Counted from the stretch's first letter, positions 49,162-59,271 are shown. The stretch is DNA of 64,000 nt from an uncultured Actinomycetota bacterium (GCA_963845675.1 CAWJSX010000001.1:1489268-1553267); one strand, 5' to 3'. Numbers and translations are program-made. Notes: generated by a model not told the origin, from the letters alone.

Positions 49162-50297
49162 CGAGTCACCTCGCTCTCGGCACGGAAGTAGGCGGTCGGG
49201 TCGTCGACCTCGGCCATCTCCTGCCAGTGGTGGCAGGCGGCGAAGTGGTCGTGGTCGTCCGTCAGGGCCAGCGGTGGCTCCTTGTCGCTGCAGACCGAGG
49301 TCGACAGCGGGCACCGCGGGTTGAACGGGCACCCGCTGGGCAGGTTGATCAGGGACGGCGGCGCACCGGCGATCGGGCGCAGCCGGGAGTCCTTGCCGTC
49401 CAGGCTCGGCATCGAGCCCAGCAGCCCGGCGGTGTAGGGCATCCGAGGACGGTAGAACACGTCGTCGGTGCCGCCGACCTCGACCGGTCGGCCCGCGTAC
49501 ATGACGAGCACGCGGTGGGCCATGCCTGCGACGACCCCGAGGTCGTGGGTGATGAGGATGATGGCCGCGTTGACGGCATCCTTCACCTCGATCAGCTTCT
49601 CGAGGATCTGCGCCTGCACCGTCACGTCCAGAGCGGTCGTGGGCTCGTCCGCGATGATGATGTCGGGGTTGTTGATGACCGCCATCGCGATCATCGCCCG
49701 CTGGCGCATACCGCCGGAGAACTCGTGCGGGTAGTTCTTGATCCGCTGCGACGGCTGCGGGATGCCCACGAGGTCGAGCATCTCCTCCGCACGCTTGAGC
49801 GCGTTGGACCGGGAGACGGACTCGTGCGAGCGCACGGCCTCCGCCAGCTGGTCACCGATCGAGTACACCGGGTTCAGCGCCGTCATGGGGTCCTGGAAGA
49901 TCATGGCGATCTTGCGGCCCCGCAGGCTGCGCTGCTCCTTGACGGACATCTTCAGGACGTCGTTGCCCCGGTACGTGATCGACCCGGTGATCTGGGCGGA
50001 CGGCGGGAGCAGGCCCATCACGGCCATGGACGACACGGACTTGCCCGAGCCGGACTCACCGACGATGCCGAGCACCTCGCGCTCACGCAGCGAGTAGCTG
50101 ACACCGCGAACGGCCTGGACGACACCGTCCTCCGTCGGGAACCCGACGGTCAGGTCCTCGACGCGCAGGATCTCCTCGCCCTGGACGGGCGCGTCGGTGC
50201 CGGTGCCCCAGCCGTGCGTGGCGTGCATGACCTGATCGGGGTTGGCCTGCCCCATGGTGGGCGACTGGTCGCCGCGCGGGGTCGGAAGCTCGGTCAT
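49158..50297 (-). CDS. Peptide ABC transporter ATP-binding protein (DppD/OppD-type)
   Basis: [28 protein letters not shown] and [10 protein letters not shown] motifs. Confidence 0.9.
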   Translation of the reverse strand: MTELPTPRGDQSPTMGQANPDQVMHATHGWGTGTDAPVQGEEILRVEDLTVGFPTEDGVVQAVRGVSYSLREREVLGIVGESGSGKSVSSMAVMGLLPPSAQITGSITYRGNDVLKMSVKEQRSLRGRKIAMIFQDPMTALNPVYSIGDQLAEAVRSHESVSRSNALKRAEEMLDLVGIPQPSQRIKNYPHEFSGGMRQRAMIAMAVINNPDIIIADEPTTALDVTVQAQILEKLIEVKDAVNAAIILITHDLGVVAGMAHRVLVMYAGRPVEVGGTDDVFYRPRMPYTAGLLGSMPSLDGKDSRLRPIAGAPPSLINLPSGCPFNPRCPLSTSVCSDKEPPLALTDDHDHFAACHHWQEMAEVDDPTAYFRAESEVTR

Positions 50298-51388
50298 CAG
50301 GCACGCACCCTCGTCTGTCGCGGATCGTAGGCATCTCGCAGGCCGTCACCGATGAAGTTGACGGCGAGTGCGATGGCGATGATGAACAGGCCCGGCCACC
50401 AGAAGAGCCAGGGGCGCGTGAGGAACGCGCTCTGGTACTCGCTGATCAGCGCACCGAGCGAGGTGTCCGGCGGCTTGACGCCGAAACCGAGGAAGCTCAG
50501 GGCGGTCTCGAGGAGGATCGCCGCCGCGATGGCCAGCGTGGCCGACACGATGATGATCCCGAGGACGTTCGGCAGGATGTGACGGAAGATGATGCGGCCG
50601 CTGCTCGCACCCATCGCCTGCGCCGCCTCGACGAACTCCTTCTCGCGCAGCGAGAGGAACTCGCCTCGGACGAGGCGGGCGAGACCCGTCCACGTCACCA
50701 GGCCGAGCACGATGGCGAGCGGGATCACGCCGAACTCGCCGAACTTGCGGCCCAGGACGGCGGCGATCACCAGCACGGGGATCGTGATCATGACGTCGGT
50801 GAACCGCATCAGCACCGACTCGATCCAGCCGCGGAAGTAGCCCGCGACGGCGCCGACGACGGTGCCGACGGTGGTGGAGACGAAGCCGACGACGAACGCG
50901 ATCACGATCGAGATCTGAGCGCCGCGCATCGTCAGCGCGAAGTAGTCCTTGCCCACGTTGTCCTGGCCGAACGGGTTCTCGCCGATGCTGAGGCCGTCGC
51001 CGTCGAGCCACGGGATGAGGTCGAGGGTGGGGCGGCCGCCGTTGATCACGCTCGCGGTCGCCTTGAACCCCTTGTCCCACCATCCAGGAAGGCCGGCGTA
51101 TCCGATCGAGGTGAAGGCCAGCAGGATGACGAAGACCAGCACGGCCATCCCGGCGAGGGCGCCACGGTGCCGGAAGAAGCGCAGACGGACGAGCTCACCC
51201 TGGCTACGGGCCTTGATGGTCATGCCCTGGGCGGTCGTCGTCGACGAGTCCTTGGGCTGACGCTCGTCCGAGCCTGTCTCGGACCCCGTCTCCCGGGAGG
51301 CGTCGGCCACGAGCGGCTCCTGCCCCTCGGTCTTGATGTGGGGGTCACCCTTGTCGGGGGTGGGTCCCTCTGGTGGTGTCTGGGTCAT
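50297..51388 (-). CDS. Peptide ABC transporter permease (DppC/OppC-type)
   Basis: EAAQAMGASSGRIIFRHILPN is the EAA loop. Six TM segments and an acidic N-terminal extension. Confidence 0.9.
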   Translation of the reverse strand: MTQTPPEGPTPDKGDPHIKTEGQEPLVADASRETGSETGSDERQPKDSSTTTAQGMTIKARSQGELVRLRFFRHRGALAGMAVLVFVILLAFTSIGYAGLPGWWDKGFKATASVINGGRPTLDLIPWLDGDGLSIGENPFGQDNVGKDYFALTMRGAQISIVIAFVVGFVSTTVGTVVGAVAGYFRGWIESVLMRFTDVMITIPVLVIAAVLGRKFGEFGVIPLAIVLGLVTWTGLARLVRGEFLSLREKEFVEAAQAMGASSGRIIFRHILPNVLGIIIVSATLAIAAAILLETALSFLGFGVKPPDTSLGALISEYQSAFLTRPWLFWWPGLFIIAIALAVNFIGDGLRDAYDPRQTRVRA

Positions 51389-51458
51389 CAGTCCCGTCCT
51401 CGTCGGTACCGCTCCTGCATTCCATCACCCTCGCACGCGCGGCGCGGGCGCGCCGGGC

Positions 51459-52988
51459 TCACGACAGCCGGATCCGGGGGTCCAGGTAGGCGTACATGAT
51501 GTCGGCGATCATGTTGAAGATGACGATCGCCCCGCCGGTCACGATGAAGAACGCCATCACGGGGTTGGGGTCCACCGTGCGCAGGCCCTCGTTGAAGAGG
51601 TTTCCCATGCCCTTCCAGCCGAACACCTTCTCGGTGATGATCGCGCCACCGACGATGCCGGCGAAGTCGAACGCCATCAGCGTGGTGACGGGGATCAGCG
51701 CGTTGCGGAAGGCGTGCCGCATGACGACGGTGCGCTCGGTCAGTCCCTTGGAGCGTGCCGTCCGCACGTAGTCCTGGTTCATCACCTCGAGCATGCTCGA
51801 GCGCGTGTAGCGGGTGTACGTCGCGAACGAGATGAGGATCAGGGCGAGGGTCGGCAGCACCAGGTGGGTCTGCTTGTCGATGTACAGCTGCCAGAAGTCG
51901 CCGGTGAAGTTCGGGGTGTCGGAGCCGATCGTCGAGACGACGCGGCCACTGACCCGGCTGCTGTACTGCGGCAGCTCCGTCATCACGTGGTCGGCGAAGA
52001 TCAGCATGCTCGACAGCAGACCCGTCAGGACGGCGGCGCGGATGGCGGCCGACCGCTCGATGTCGCCGATCGCGTACCCGATGGCGGCGCAGACCGCGAT
52101 CGTCATGGCGACGAGGCCGATGATGATCCACCAGGTCGGGTTGATCAGGACTGGCCCGGTGGCCAGGTAGCTGATCGCACCACCGACCGCGGCGAGCAGG
52201 GCGGCGTAGAGCACCCGGCGCTTGCCGAGTCCCGAGACGAGGACGGTGACGCCGACGGCGATCGCCAGCGAGCTGACGAGGATCATGCCCAGCCCTAGGC
52301 CGGGCGTCTCGAACCAGCGCGTCAGGGAGAGGTAGGCCAGCACGGCTGCGGTGCCGAGGGCTGCGGACGTGAACACGATCGCGCGCCGACGCAGGTTCCC
52401 GCCGATCACGGCCATCCAGAACAGGGCCGAGATGATGGCCAGGGCGACGATCACCAGCGGCGGGATGACGGGGTCGCCCAGCCAGTCGTTGAACTTGATG
52501 GCGCCGTACTGCTTGAGCAGAACCGCGATCCAGAACGACGGGAGCGAGAAGAAGAGGAACGACGCGAAGGTGATCGTGTAGTCGAAACCGCTGTACTGAC
52601 GCAGGGCCGAGATGATCCCGACCGCGATGCCCAGGATGATCGCGACGATCGCGGCCGTGACCACGAGTCGCATCGTCGACGCGAAGGCCAGCGCCAGGAG
52701 GGCGTCGACGCTCTGCCCGATCCGGTTCGTGCCGAGGTCGCACTTCGCGAACGGCAGCACGCAGCCGCCGATTCCCTGCAGCCAGCCCAGGTAGCGCAGC
52801 GGCACCGGGGTGTCGAGCTGCAGGTTCTCGCGACGCTGGGCGATCTTCGCGTCGCGGCTGGGGGTGCGGTCCTCGCGCAGGTCGAAGATGGGGTCGCCCG
52901 AGTTCGCCGTGAGCACGTACACGAGCAGGGTGGCTGCGAGGAGGACGAACACCGACACGATCAGCCGGCGGATGATGAAGACGAGCAC
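51459..52988 (-). CDS. Peptide ABC transporter permease (DppB/OppB-type), unusually long (509 aa)
   Basis: N-terminus MLVFIIRRLIVSVFVLL and EAA-like DYVRTARSKGLTERTVVMRHAFRNALIP. There is an additional hydrophobic insert of roughly 150 aa in the middle. Confidence 0.85.
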   Translation of the reverse strand: MLVFIIRRLIVSVFVLLAATLLVYVLTANSGDPIFDLREDRTPSRDAKIAQRRENLQLDTPVPLRYLGWLQGIGGCVLPFAKCDLGTNRIGQSVDALLALAFASTMRLVVTAAIVAIILGIAVGIISALRQYSGFDYTITFASFLFFSLPSFWIAVLLKQYGAIKFNDWLGDPVIPPLVIVALAIISALFWMAVIGGNLRRRAIVFTSAALGTAAVLAYLSLTRWFETPGLGLGMILVSSLAIAVGVTVLVSGLGKRRVLYAALLAAVGGAISYLATGPVLINPTWWIIIGLVAMTIAVCAAIGYAIGDIERSAAIRAAVLTGLLSSMLIFADHVMTELPQYSSRVSGRVVSTIGSDTPNFTGDFWQLYIDKQTHLVLPTLALILISFATYTRYTRSSMLEVMNQDYVRTARSKGLTERTVVMRHAFRNALIPVTTLMAFDFAGIVGGAIITEKVFGWKGMGNLFNEGLRTVDPNPVMAFFIVTGGAIVIFNMIADIMYAYLDPRIRLS

Positions 52989-53157
52989 GTCTCACCTCTC
53001 GGGTCTCTCGGGGCCGGGTAGGCCCTGATCCGGGCGACGGAAGCCGTCGAGATCGCGCACTGCGTCGTGCGTGATCGCGGGATGACACTAGTGCGCTGGG
53101 CAGCGCGGCGACACAGTAACCGACCGATCGGGCGGGTCACGATGTGGCTGCTCGCAC

Positions 53158-53191
53158 GAGGGGGCCGGGAGCCTAGGCTCCCGACCCCCTC
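53158..53191 (-). terminator. Intra-operon hairpin between the substrate-binding-protein gene and the permease genes
   Basis: GAGGGGGCCGGGAGCC-TA-GGCTCCCGACCCCCTC gives a 16-bp stem with one mismatch. It lies in the 259-bp gap downstream of the SBP stop. Confidence 0.5.
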
Positions 53192-53247
53192 CCGAGGTGC
53201 GCTGCCCTACTGGCGGTCAGCGCGCTCCGGTGTTGAGCGGTGTTGCG

Positions 53248-54965
53248 TCAGGACGCGACGTCCCACTTCTCCATGTTCCAGGTGACCTGGGTCTGGGAAG
53301 GCTGGAACGTGACGTTCTCGACGCCGTTCTCGTAGGCCACGACGCCCGGGAAGGCGAAGATCGGGACCGTTGCGAGGTCGTTCCACAGGATGGTCTCGAT
53401 CTGCTTGATGATCTCGACCTGCTCGTCCTGGTCCGGGGTCTGGTTGAGCTCGGTCAGGAGACCGTCGACCTCGGTGTTGGTGTACTTGCCGTTGTTGTTA
53501 CCGCCACCGGTGACGTACGTCGAGCTGTTGCCGGAGACCAGCGGGGAGCCGGCCCAGGCGAACAGCGCCACGTCGAAGTTGCCACCAGACGAGCCCGGCC
53601 TCGAAGAAGTCGGCCTGACCGGCGTCGGTGATCTTGAAGCCGGCCTGCTCGCAGGACGCGCGGACCAGGTCGACCTCGTTCGTACGACGCTGGTTCGGGG
53701 TCTGGTAGCCGATCCGGATCTCGGTGCCGGCAGCGCCGGCGGCGTCGATCAGGGCCTTGGCGGCCGCGATGTCCGGCGTGTCGTAGGAACCGTCCTGGAT
53801 CGCCCCGGCCACGTCCTCGTACTGCGGCTGGAACGGCAGGTAGAACCGCGAGTTGACGACCTCGGCGTTGGCGTTGACCGGCTTGATCAGGTTCTCGACG
53901 ATCTGGTCACGCGGAGCGCAGAGTGCGAAGGCCTTGCGGAGGTTCGGGTCCTTCATCACGGTCTCGAAGTTGAAGTCGAAGTGCTCGTAGGTGAACTCGT
54001 CACCCTGCTCGACCGTGATCTGGTCGCCGACCGCGGTCAGCTGGGCGATCACGTCCGGGTTGGGCTGCGGCTCGGCGATCTGGATGTCGCCGTTCTGCAG
54101 AGCCTGCGCCTGGGCCTCCTGCTCGATGAAGCGGATGACCACGTTCTTGGCGACGGCCGGGGTGCCCCACCACTCGGGGTTGGCAGTCAGGGTGATCGAC
54201 TGACCCGGCTCCCACGAACCCAGGCTGTACGGCCCGGCGGAGGGGGTGATGCTCTCGTCGATCGCACCCGGGTCGAAGCGCCAGCCGTTGTTCCAGAACT
54301 CGGCGACCTTGGTCAGGGCCTCGGTGTCGTCGTTCTTGACGGCCTCGATGATGTCCTCGACGCCGGCCTGCTCCTCGGCGATGTGCGCCGGCAGGAACGA
54401 GCCGATGCCCGCGACCCAGTCAGCGAAGGGGGTCTCGTACTCGATGGTGAAGTCCTTGTCGCCGTCGGCGCAGTCGGGCTTCTTCATCTGGTCGTAGCCC
54501 GTGGTGCCGGCGGTGTCGAAGAGGACCGTGTCGCCCTCGTCGTAGGCGCCGGAGTTCGAGGCCCACAGCAGCATCAGGTCGTCGCAGTCGATCGCGTCGC
54601 CGTCGGACCACTTGGCGTCCGGGTTGATCTTGTAGTCGACGGTGAGCGGCTCGTCGCTGGTCTTCTCGTACGTGCCGAACTCCGTGTCGGGGATGACGGA
54701 GCCGTCCTCGCCGAACAGGTAGAAGCCACGCTGGACCTGGTTGAGCACCACGGTGTTCTTCACCGCGTTGTCGGTGCCCGTGCCGTTGTTGTAGGCGTTG
54801 AACTCCTGTTCGTGCGCCACGGTGATGGTGATGTCCTTGGTCTCCGTCTGCGGGAGCGTCGTCGGACTCTTCCGGGGTGCTGCCACCGGTGCTGCAGGCG
54901 GCCAGGGCGATCGAACCGCCGGCCAGCAGCGCCAGGATCTTGGCGCCCTTGCGCGATGTGCTCAA
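53248..54965 (-). pseudogene. Family-5 peptide/nickel ABC substrate-binding lipoprotein, two frameshifts (~54865 and the C-run 53594-53596)
   Basis: TTG 54965 has AGGAGG 9 nt upstream. The signal/lipobox (ILALLAGGSIALAACSTGG) is in one frame, the main body in ORF 53498..54886, and the C-terminus (FDVALFAWAGSPLVSGNSSTY...) in ORF 53248..53571. Confidence 0.8.
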
Positions 54966-55378
54966 GGTGAGGTTCCTCCTCGGGTTGGGGGCACTGCCCG
55001 CATGTGGTGCCTGACGGCCGCGCGGGCAGTACGGGCAGGGTTGCTGCCCGTACTGGACGTGCCTGGGTCGAGCCTCACCGAACACCAGCGGGACAGGAGG
55101 CGCAAGGAGGTAGTAGGGGGCGTTATCGAGATGAGACCGACACGTGTCCCTATGGAGGCCGGAGATCGTGCGGCGCGATACGGTCGGCACCGTTGAGCCT
55201 CCCGTCCCGGTCGACGGGCCTCGGTGTCGGGCATGCTGGGGCCCGCGGTCGGGGCGCGGGCTGCGTGAACGCGCACGGCGGGAGTCGCGATAAGGGGGTG
55301 TGAGAGCGATCCGAGACGCACCGACACCCCCCGCCCCACCCACACCTGCCGGGCCCCGACACCGACCACGAGATCCTG

Positions 55379-55978
55379 ATGGAGTCCCGGCACCGACCGG
55401 AAGCCTTCGCGGCGATCTTCGACCGGCACGCCCCGGCGATCCACCGGTACCTGGGCCGCCGCGTCGGCGACCTCGCGGACGACCTGCTGAGCGAGACGTT
55501 CCTGACGGCGTTCCGCCGGCGCGCCGAGTACCGCCCCGAGCGGGTCGACGTGCGGCCGTGGCTGTACGGCATCGCGGGCAACCTCGTGCATGCGGCACCG
55601 TCGCGACGAGGTCGTCCGGTACCGCGGCCTGGCACGCACGTCCGCGGCCCCGGCGCCTCGGACGACCTCGACCTGGTCGTCGACCGGGTGGACGCCCAAC
55701 AGCTGCGCCCGCGCTGGCAACCGCGCTGGCCGAGCTGGACGCCCGCGACCGCGACGTCCTGCTCCTGCTCGCCTGGGGGCACCTCACCCACGCCGAGGTC
55801 GCGTCGGCGCTGGAGATACCGCTGGGAACGGTCAGGTCACGACTGCACCGTGCCCGCCGGAGGCTCAGGGAGCACCTGGCATCCGGCGCCGCGCCGCACC
55901 CCTCCCCCTCCGGCGGCTGGAACCAGCCGCCGCCCCTCTGCCTCACCTCGTCCGAACCCACCCGGGAGTCCACGATGA
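55379..55978 (+). pseudogene. ECF-type RNA polymerase sigma factor, at least two frameshifts (~55595, ~55700)
   Basis: Region 2 (FAAIFDRHAPAIHRYLGRRVGDLADDLLSETFLTAFRRR...RPWLYGIAGNLV) is in ORF 55379..55978. Region 4 (LAELDARDRDVLLLLAWGHLTHAEVASALEIPLGTVRSRLHRARRRLRE) is in the frame of ORF 55300..57816. Confidence 0.75.
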
Positions 55979-56950
55979 ACGACCTCGACCTGCTCGACGC
56001 CCACGGACCAAGCGCCCACCCCCTGCACGACCACGTCCTCCTGCGTGCGCGCACGTCGCTGCTGGACGAGATCGAGCGGTCCGGTTCCGGGGCGCCGGCC
56101 GAGCCCCCGAGCCCGCGGACGTGGGGCCGGCCATGGCTCGTCGTCGGGCTGGTCGCTGCCTGCGCTGCCGCGGCCGCGATCGTCACGCCGTCCCTCCTCC
56201 AGGTGGACGGCGCCGGGGCCGTGGCGCTCGGGGACGCCGACCCGCTGACCTTCCCCCTCACCCCGACGGACGTCCCCTCGGGTCTCGGACGCCCGGTCGT
56301 CGAAGTGGACGAGGGCTTCGTGCGGGCCCGCTACGGGTCGGCGCGCGACGGCCTGACCGTCACCACGGACGTGGACAGCGACGAGTTCTGGGACGTGCCG
56401 GACGACGCCACGAGCGTCGACGTCGCCGGGCGCGACGGGCGGACCTACTCGGGGACCGCCCTGGACGCCACGACGATCGTCGTCCCGACGGTGTCGGTCG
56501 TCTGGGAGGGGCAGGACGGGGACTGGACCCGCGTGAGCGGTTCGGGGCTGTACGCCGACGCCGCCCGCGTGGAGTCCTTCGCCGAGTCGCTGCGGAGCGT
56601 CCCCCAGCCGGTACGCCTGGCGCTGGCCGTCGCACCGGAGGGGTGGACGGTCGACGCCTACAAGGACGACCGGGTCGTGCGGCTCGCACCCGAAGCCGGG
56701 ACCGTGGCGCGAGCTGACGGTCAGCCTCGTCGACGACCCGGCCGCGGACCTCGTGACCGACTACGGGGCCAGGGACGTGACGACGGACCCAGGTGCACGG
56801 CGCCGACGCCCGGGTGGGGCGCAGCACCGACGGATGGGTCCTGGTCGCGCCACGCTGCGGGACAGCGGTTCTCGGTCCAGGCACCCGACCGCTTCACCCG
56901 CGAGCAGGTCGTCGAGGTCGCGGACGGGGTGACGTACACGCCCTGTACGC
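55974..56950 (+). pseudogene. Putative cognate anti-sigma/membrane protein (one TM plus extracytoplasmic domain), frameshifted (~56710, ~56840); 3' end unresolved
   Basis: MNDLDLLDAHGP... begins at an ATGA junction with one sigma frame. TM segment WLVVGLVAACAAAAAIV. The extracytoplasmic part continues in other frames (ELTVSLVDDPAADLVTDYGARDV..., FSVQAPDRFTREQVVEVADGVTYTP). Confidence 0.45.
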
Positions 56951-56963
56951 CGGCACGCGGACG

Positions 56964-57003
56964 GAGAAGTGGGGCACCGCGCGACGGCGGTGCCCCACTT
57001 CTC
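56964..57003. terminator. 17-bp-stem hairpin between convergent genes
   Basis: GAGAAGTGGGGCACCGC-GCGACG-GCGGTGCCCCACTTCTC. Confidence 0.65.
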
Positions 57004-57015
57004 ACGTCCCGGCGG

Positions 57016-57636
57016 TCACCGCGCGAGCGCCTCGAAGGCTCGACGACCTCCTTCGAGGTGCGACGCGCTCCGGTCTGGAGGTACTCCATGGCCCGGAGCG
57101 GCCGCCTCGTGGGCCCCGACGTCCGACCCCGCGACGCAGTCCTCGACCACCCGGCAGAAGTAGTCGTGCTGATGGGCGTCGACGAACGTGTAGTGCACGC
57201 ACACGTCGGTGTGACCTCCGACGAGGATCAGGGTCTGGGCGCGCAGGCCCTTGAGCAGGATCTCCAGCTCGGTGCCGAAGAAGCACGAGTAGCGACGCTT
57301 GCGGATCACGTAGTCGTCGGGACGCACACCGAGATTCGCGGCGATCTCCGTCCCGGGGTCGCCCTCGAGGAGGTGGACTCCCTCGGCGCCGTCGAGCTCG
57401 CGACCGAAGTCGACGAGGTCCCGTCGGTGTGCCTCCTGGAAGAAGACGACCGGGACGCCGCACTCCCTCGCCTTCTCGACGAGGGCCGGCACGCGGTCCA
57501 TGGCGTCCTGGTAGCCGGCCATGAACGGGATGGAGGACTCCCCTGCGTTCGACGACCCGCCTCCCTGGATGTCGATGACCACGAGGACCGGACGGCCCTC
57601 GACCAGATCACGTGCTGTGGCTCGTGGTGCCTCCAG
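57016..57636 (-). pseudogene. Isochorismatase-family hydrolase, C-terminal frameshifts (~57100, ~57045); start codon unresolved
   Basis: GRPVLVVIDIQGG...VVFFQEAHR...VIRKRRYSCFFGTELEILLKGLRAQTLILVGGHTDVCVHYT. The conserved tail EAALRAMEYLQTGARRTSKEVV is in ORF 56721..57089. No ATG/GTG lies near the expected N-terminus; 57636 is a CTG. Confidence 0.7.
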
Positions 57637-57679
57637 GGTGAGGTCGGGTGGGCGAGCCTGCGTGCTGGGACGGACGCGC

Positions 57680-57902
57680 TCAGCCGGGCCACGATGCCGC
57701 CCACCGCGACCAACGACCACGTCGCCTCGAGGACGAGGAAGCCCCACTGGGACTCGGCTAGTGCGAGGACGGCGAGGACGCCGGCGCCCACGGTGTTGAG
57801 CCAGAGGCTGGGCTAGGAGGTCGGCCGCAGGACGCCGAGCTGGCCGAGGCCGAAGGCCAGGAGGACGAGCGCTGCACCGAACAAGCTGGACGGCGTGGAC
57901 AC
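57680..57902 (-). pseudogene. Small two-to-three-TM membrane protein (resembles the CBU_0592 family) with in-frame TAG at 57813-57815 and no in-frame natural stop
   Basis: GTG 57902 has GAGGAG 5 nt upstream. It reads VSTPSSLFGAALVLLAFGLGQLGVLRPTS-TAG-PSLWLNTVGAGVLAVLALAESQWGFLVLEATWSLVAVGGIVARL. The frame then runs on into the isochorismatase gene. A TGA at 57680 is reachable only after a 1-nt shift. Confidence 0.45.
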
Positions 57903-58007
57903 GACTACTCCTCGAGCGTCGTCGTGCAGGGCCGGGTACGGCGCGTCTCGTCCGGGGTCTGCCTGTTGTGGCATCCGGACAGACGCTAGCACGGGCCACG
58001 AGGCGGA

Positions 58008-58051
58008 TTAGGCGATCCTTACCTCGCCGTGCTTAGGTAAGCCTGACCTTA
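58008..58051. promoter_or_regulatory. Two tandem IdeR/DtxR-like iron boxes upstream of bfd-bfr
   Basis: 58033-58051 (TTAGGTAAGCCTGACCTTA) matches the IdeR consensus TTAGGTTAGGCTAACCTAA at 15/19 positions. 58008-58026 (TTAGGCGATCCTTACCTCG) matches at 12/19. Both are hand counts. The boxes lie 19-62 nt upstream of the bfd ATG in a locally AT-richer stretch. Confidence 0.6.
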
Positions 58052-58069
58052 TCGACAGGAAGAGCGAGC

Positions 58070-58279
58070 ATGATCGTCTGCCACTGCCGCGTCGTGAACG
58101 ACACCGCGGTCACCGAGGCGGTCGACGCCGGCGCGACCACGCTGGCCACGGTGTGCCGGACGACGGGCGCCGGCACGGACTGCGGCTCGTGCGTCTTCGC
58201 CGTCAAGGCCCTGCTGTGCGAGCATCACGTCGTCCGCAGTGCCCTCGCGACGCAGGAGGTCCCCGTTGCAGCCCGTTAG
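58070..58279 (+). CDS. bfd: Bacterioferritin-associated ferredoxin (BFD-like 2Fe-2S)
   Basis: MIVCHCRVVND...ATVCRTTGAGTDCGSCV has the C-x-C...C-x2-C pattern; 69 aa. Confidence 0.85.
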   Translation: MIVCHCRVVNDTAVTEAVDAGATTLATVCRTTGAGTDCGSCVFAVKALLCEHHVVRSALATQEVPVAAR

Positions 58280-58754
58280 CCCCCGCGTGGTGGAGCTGCT
58301 CAACGAGGCGCTGACCCTCGAGCTCACGGTCACGAACGCGTACTTCCTCAACGCCAGGATGTTGGACAACTGGGGTCTGCACGCGCCTGGGCAAGGTCTT
58401 CTACGACCTGTCGATCGGCGAGATGAAGGACGCGGACGAGCTCATCAACCGCATCCTGTTCTTCGACGGCCACCCGAACGTGCAGCGGCTCGAACCAGAT
58501 CCAGACCGGCGAGGACCCGGAGGAGATGCTGCGTCTCGGTCTGACCGGGGAGCTCGGGGCCGTCGAGCAGTTCAACGCCGCCGCGCACGAGTGCCACGCG
58601 CTGGGCGACCACGGCACCGCCGCGGTCTTCGAGGAGATGGTCCGCGACGAGGAGCGCCACGTCGACTGGTTCGAGACCCAGCTGGACGCGATTGCCGCGA
58701 GTGGGGATCGCCCAGTACCTGGGTCAGCAGATCGACCCGTCGCAGCAGCCGTAG
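58266..58754 (+). pseudogene. bfr: Bacterioferritin, at least three frameshifts (~58385, ~58500, ~58705)
   Basis: TTG 58266 overlaps the bfd end. VVELLNEALTLELTVTNAYFLNARMLDNWGL (ORF 58239..58544), EMKDADELINRILFFDGHPNVQRLE (ORF 58423..58851), EEMLRLGLTGELGAVEQFN...EEMVRDEERHVDWFETQLDAI (ORF 58526..58786), then AQYLGQQIDPSQQP-stop. Confidence 0.85.
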
Positions 58755-59112
58755 CCGAAGCCGCTGCCGGGTCCGGCTGGTCCTGACCCAGCAGCCCCTT
58801 CGTCCTCCGCCGAGGGTGAGCGTCCGGGTCTCGGTCGTGCCGTCGCGGTAGGTGACCTCCACCGGTGCGCCGGTCTGGGGTGCGCTCTCGAGCTCGTCGC
58901 CGGGGAGCCAGAAGGCGAAGTGGCAGTTCGACACGGTCGCGGAGACCTCGCCGTGCTCGGCGCTGGTTGTAGGTCAGGGCCGCGACGTCGCAGCAGACGG
59001 GTCCCGTGCGACGGGACGCGAAACGGAGCAGGTCTGCGTAGGCCCCGTCGTACAGGGCTGCGGACCTCGTCCCCCGGTGCGCGGTCGGTGTCAGGTCTCT
59101 CACATCCCCCAC
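58724..59112 (-). pseudogene. Hypothetical protein, frameshift ~58965; 3' end unresolved
   Basis: GTG 59112 (MGDVRDLTPTAHRGTRSAALYDGAYADLLRFASRR...ALTYNQR) continues in ORF 58572..58934 (EHGEVSATVSNCHFAFWLPGDELESAPQTGAPVEVTYRDGTTETRTLTLGGG). No family recognised. Confidence 0.3.
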
Positions 59113-59271
59113 CTGTCCATCACCGTGGCACGTGTGTCGCCGCGGTCTGATCGCGGAGTCGCGGGGCTGGCCCTTCCTGCTCGGCCCCGTGGCGGGACCT
59201 CTCGGTCTTCAGGTCCTCGTCCAGGACGGCCGGGCATCCTCCCGCTCATCCCCGGACCCCCGGGGCGATCG

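Noticed and set aside
57813-57815. TAG read as pyrrolysine or another recoding event
   Set aside because: There is no pyl gene context and no reason to expect Pyl in Actinomycetota. The surrounding locus carries other lesions.
55300-57816. 838-aa ORF that looks like one giant protein
   Set aside because: It is a composite. It reads through part of the ECF sigma factor and part of the anti-sigma-like protein, and then runs antisense through the isochorismatase gene. Stop-poor GC-rich sequence and frameshifts create the illusion of one gene.
58724-58800. A Cys-rich C-terminal tail (GSGFGYGCCDGSIC) obtainable for the hypothetical gene at 59112, which could hint at a RiPP-like precursor
   Set aside because: It appears only if an arbitrary extra frameshift is assumed, it overlaps the 3' end of bfr on the other strand, and no maturation enzymes are nearby. 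The support is not sufficient.
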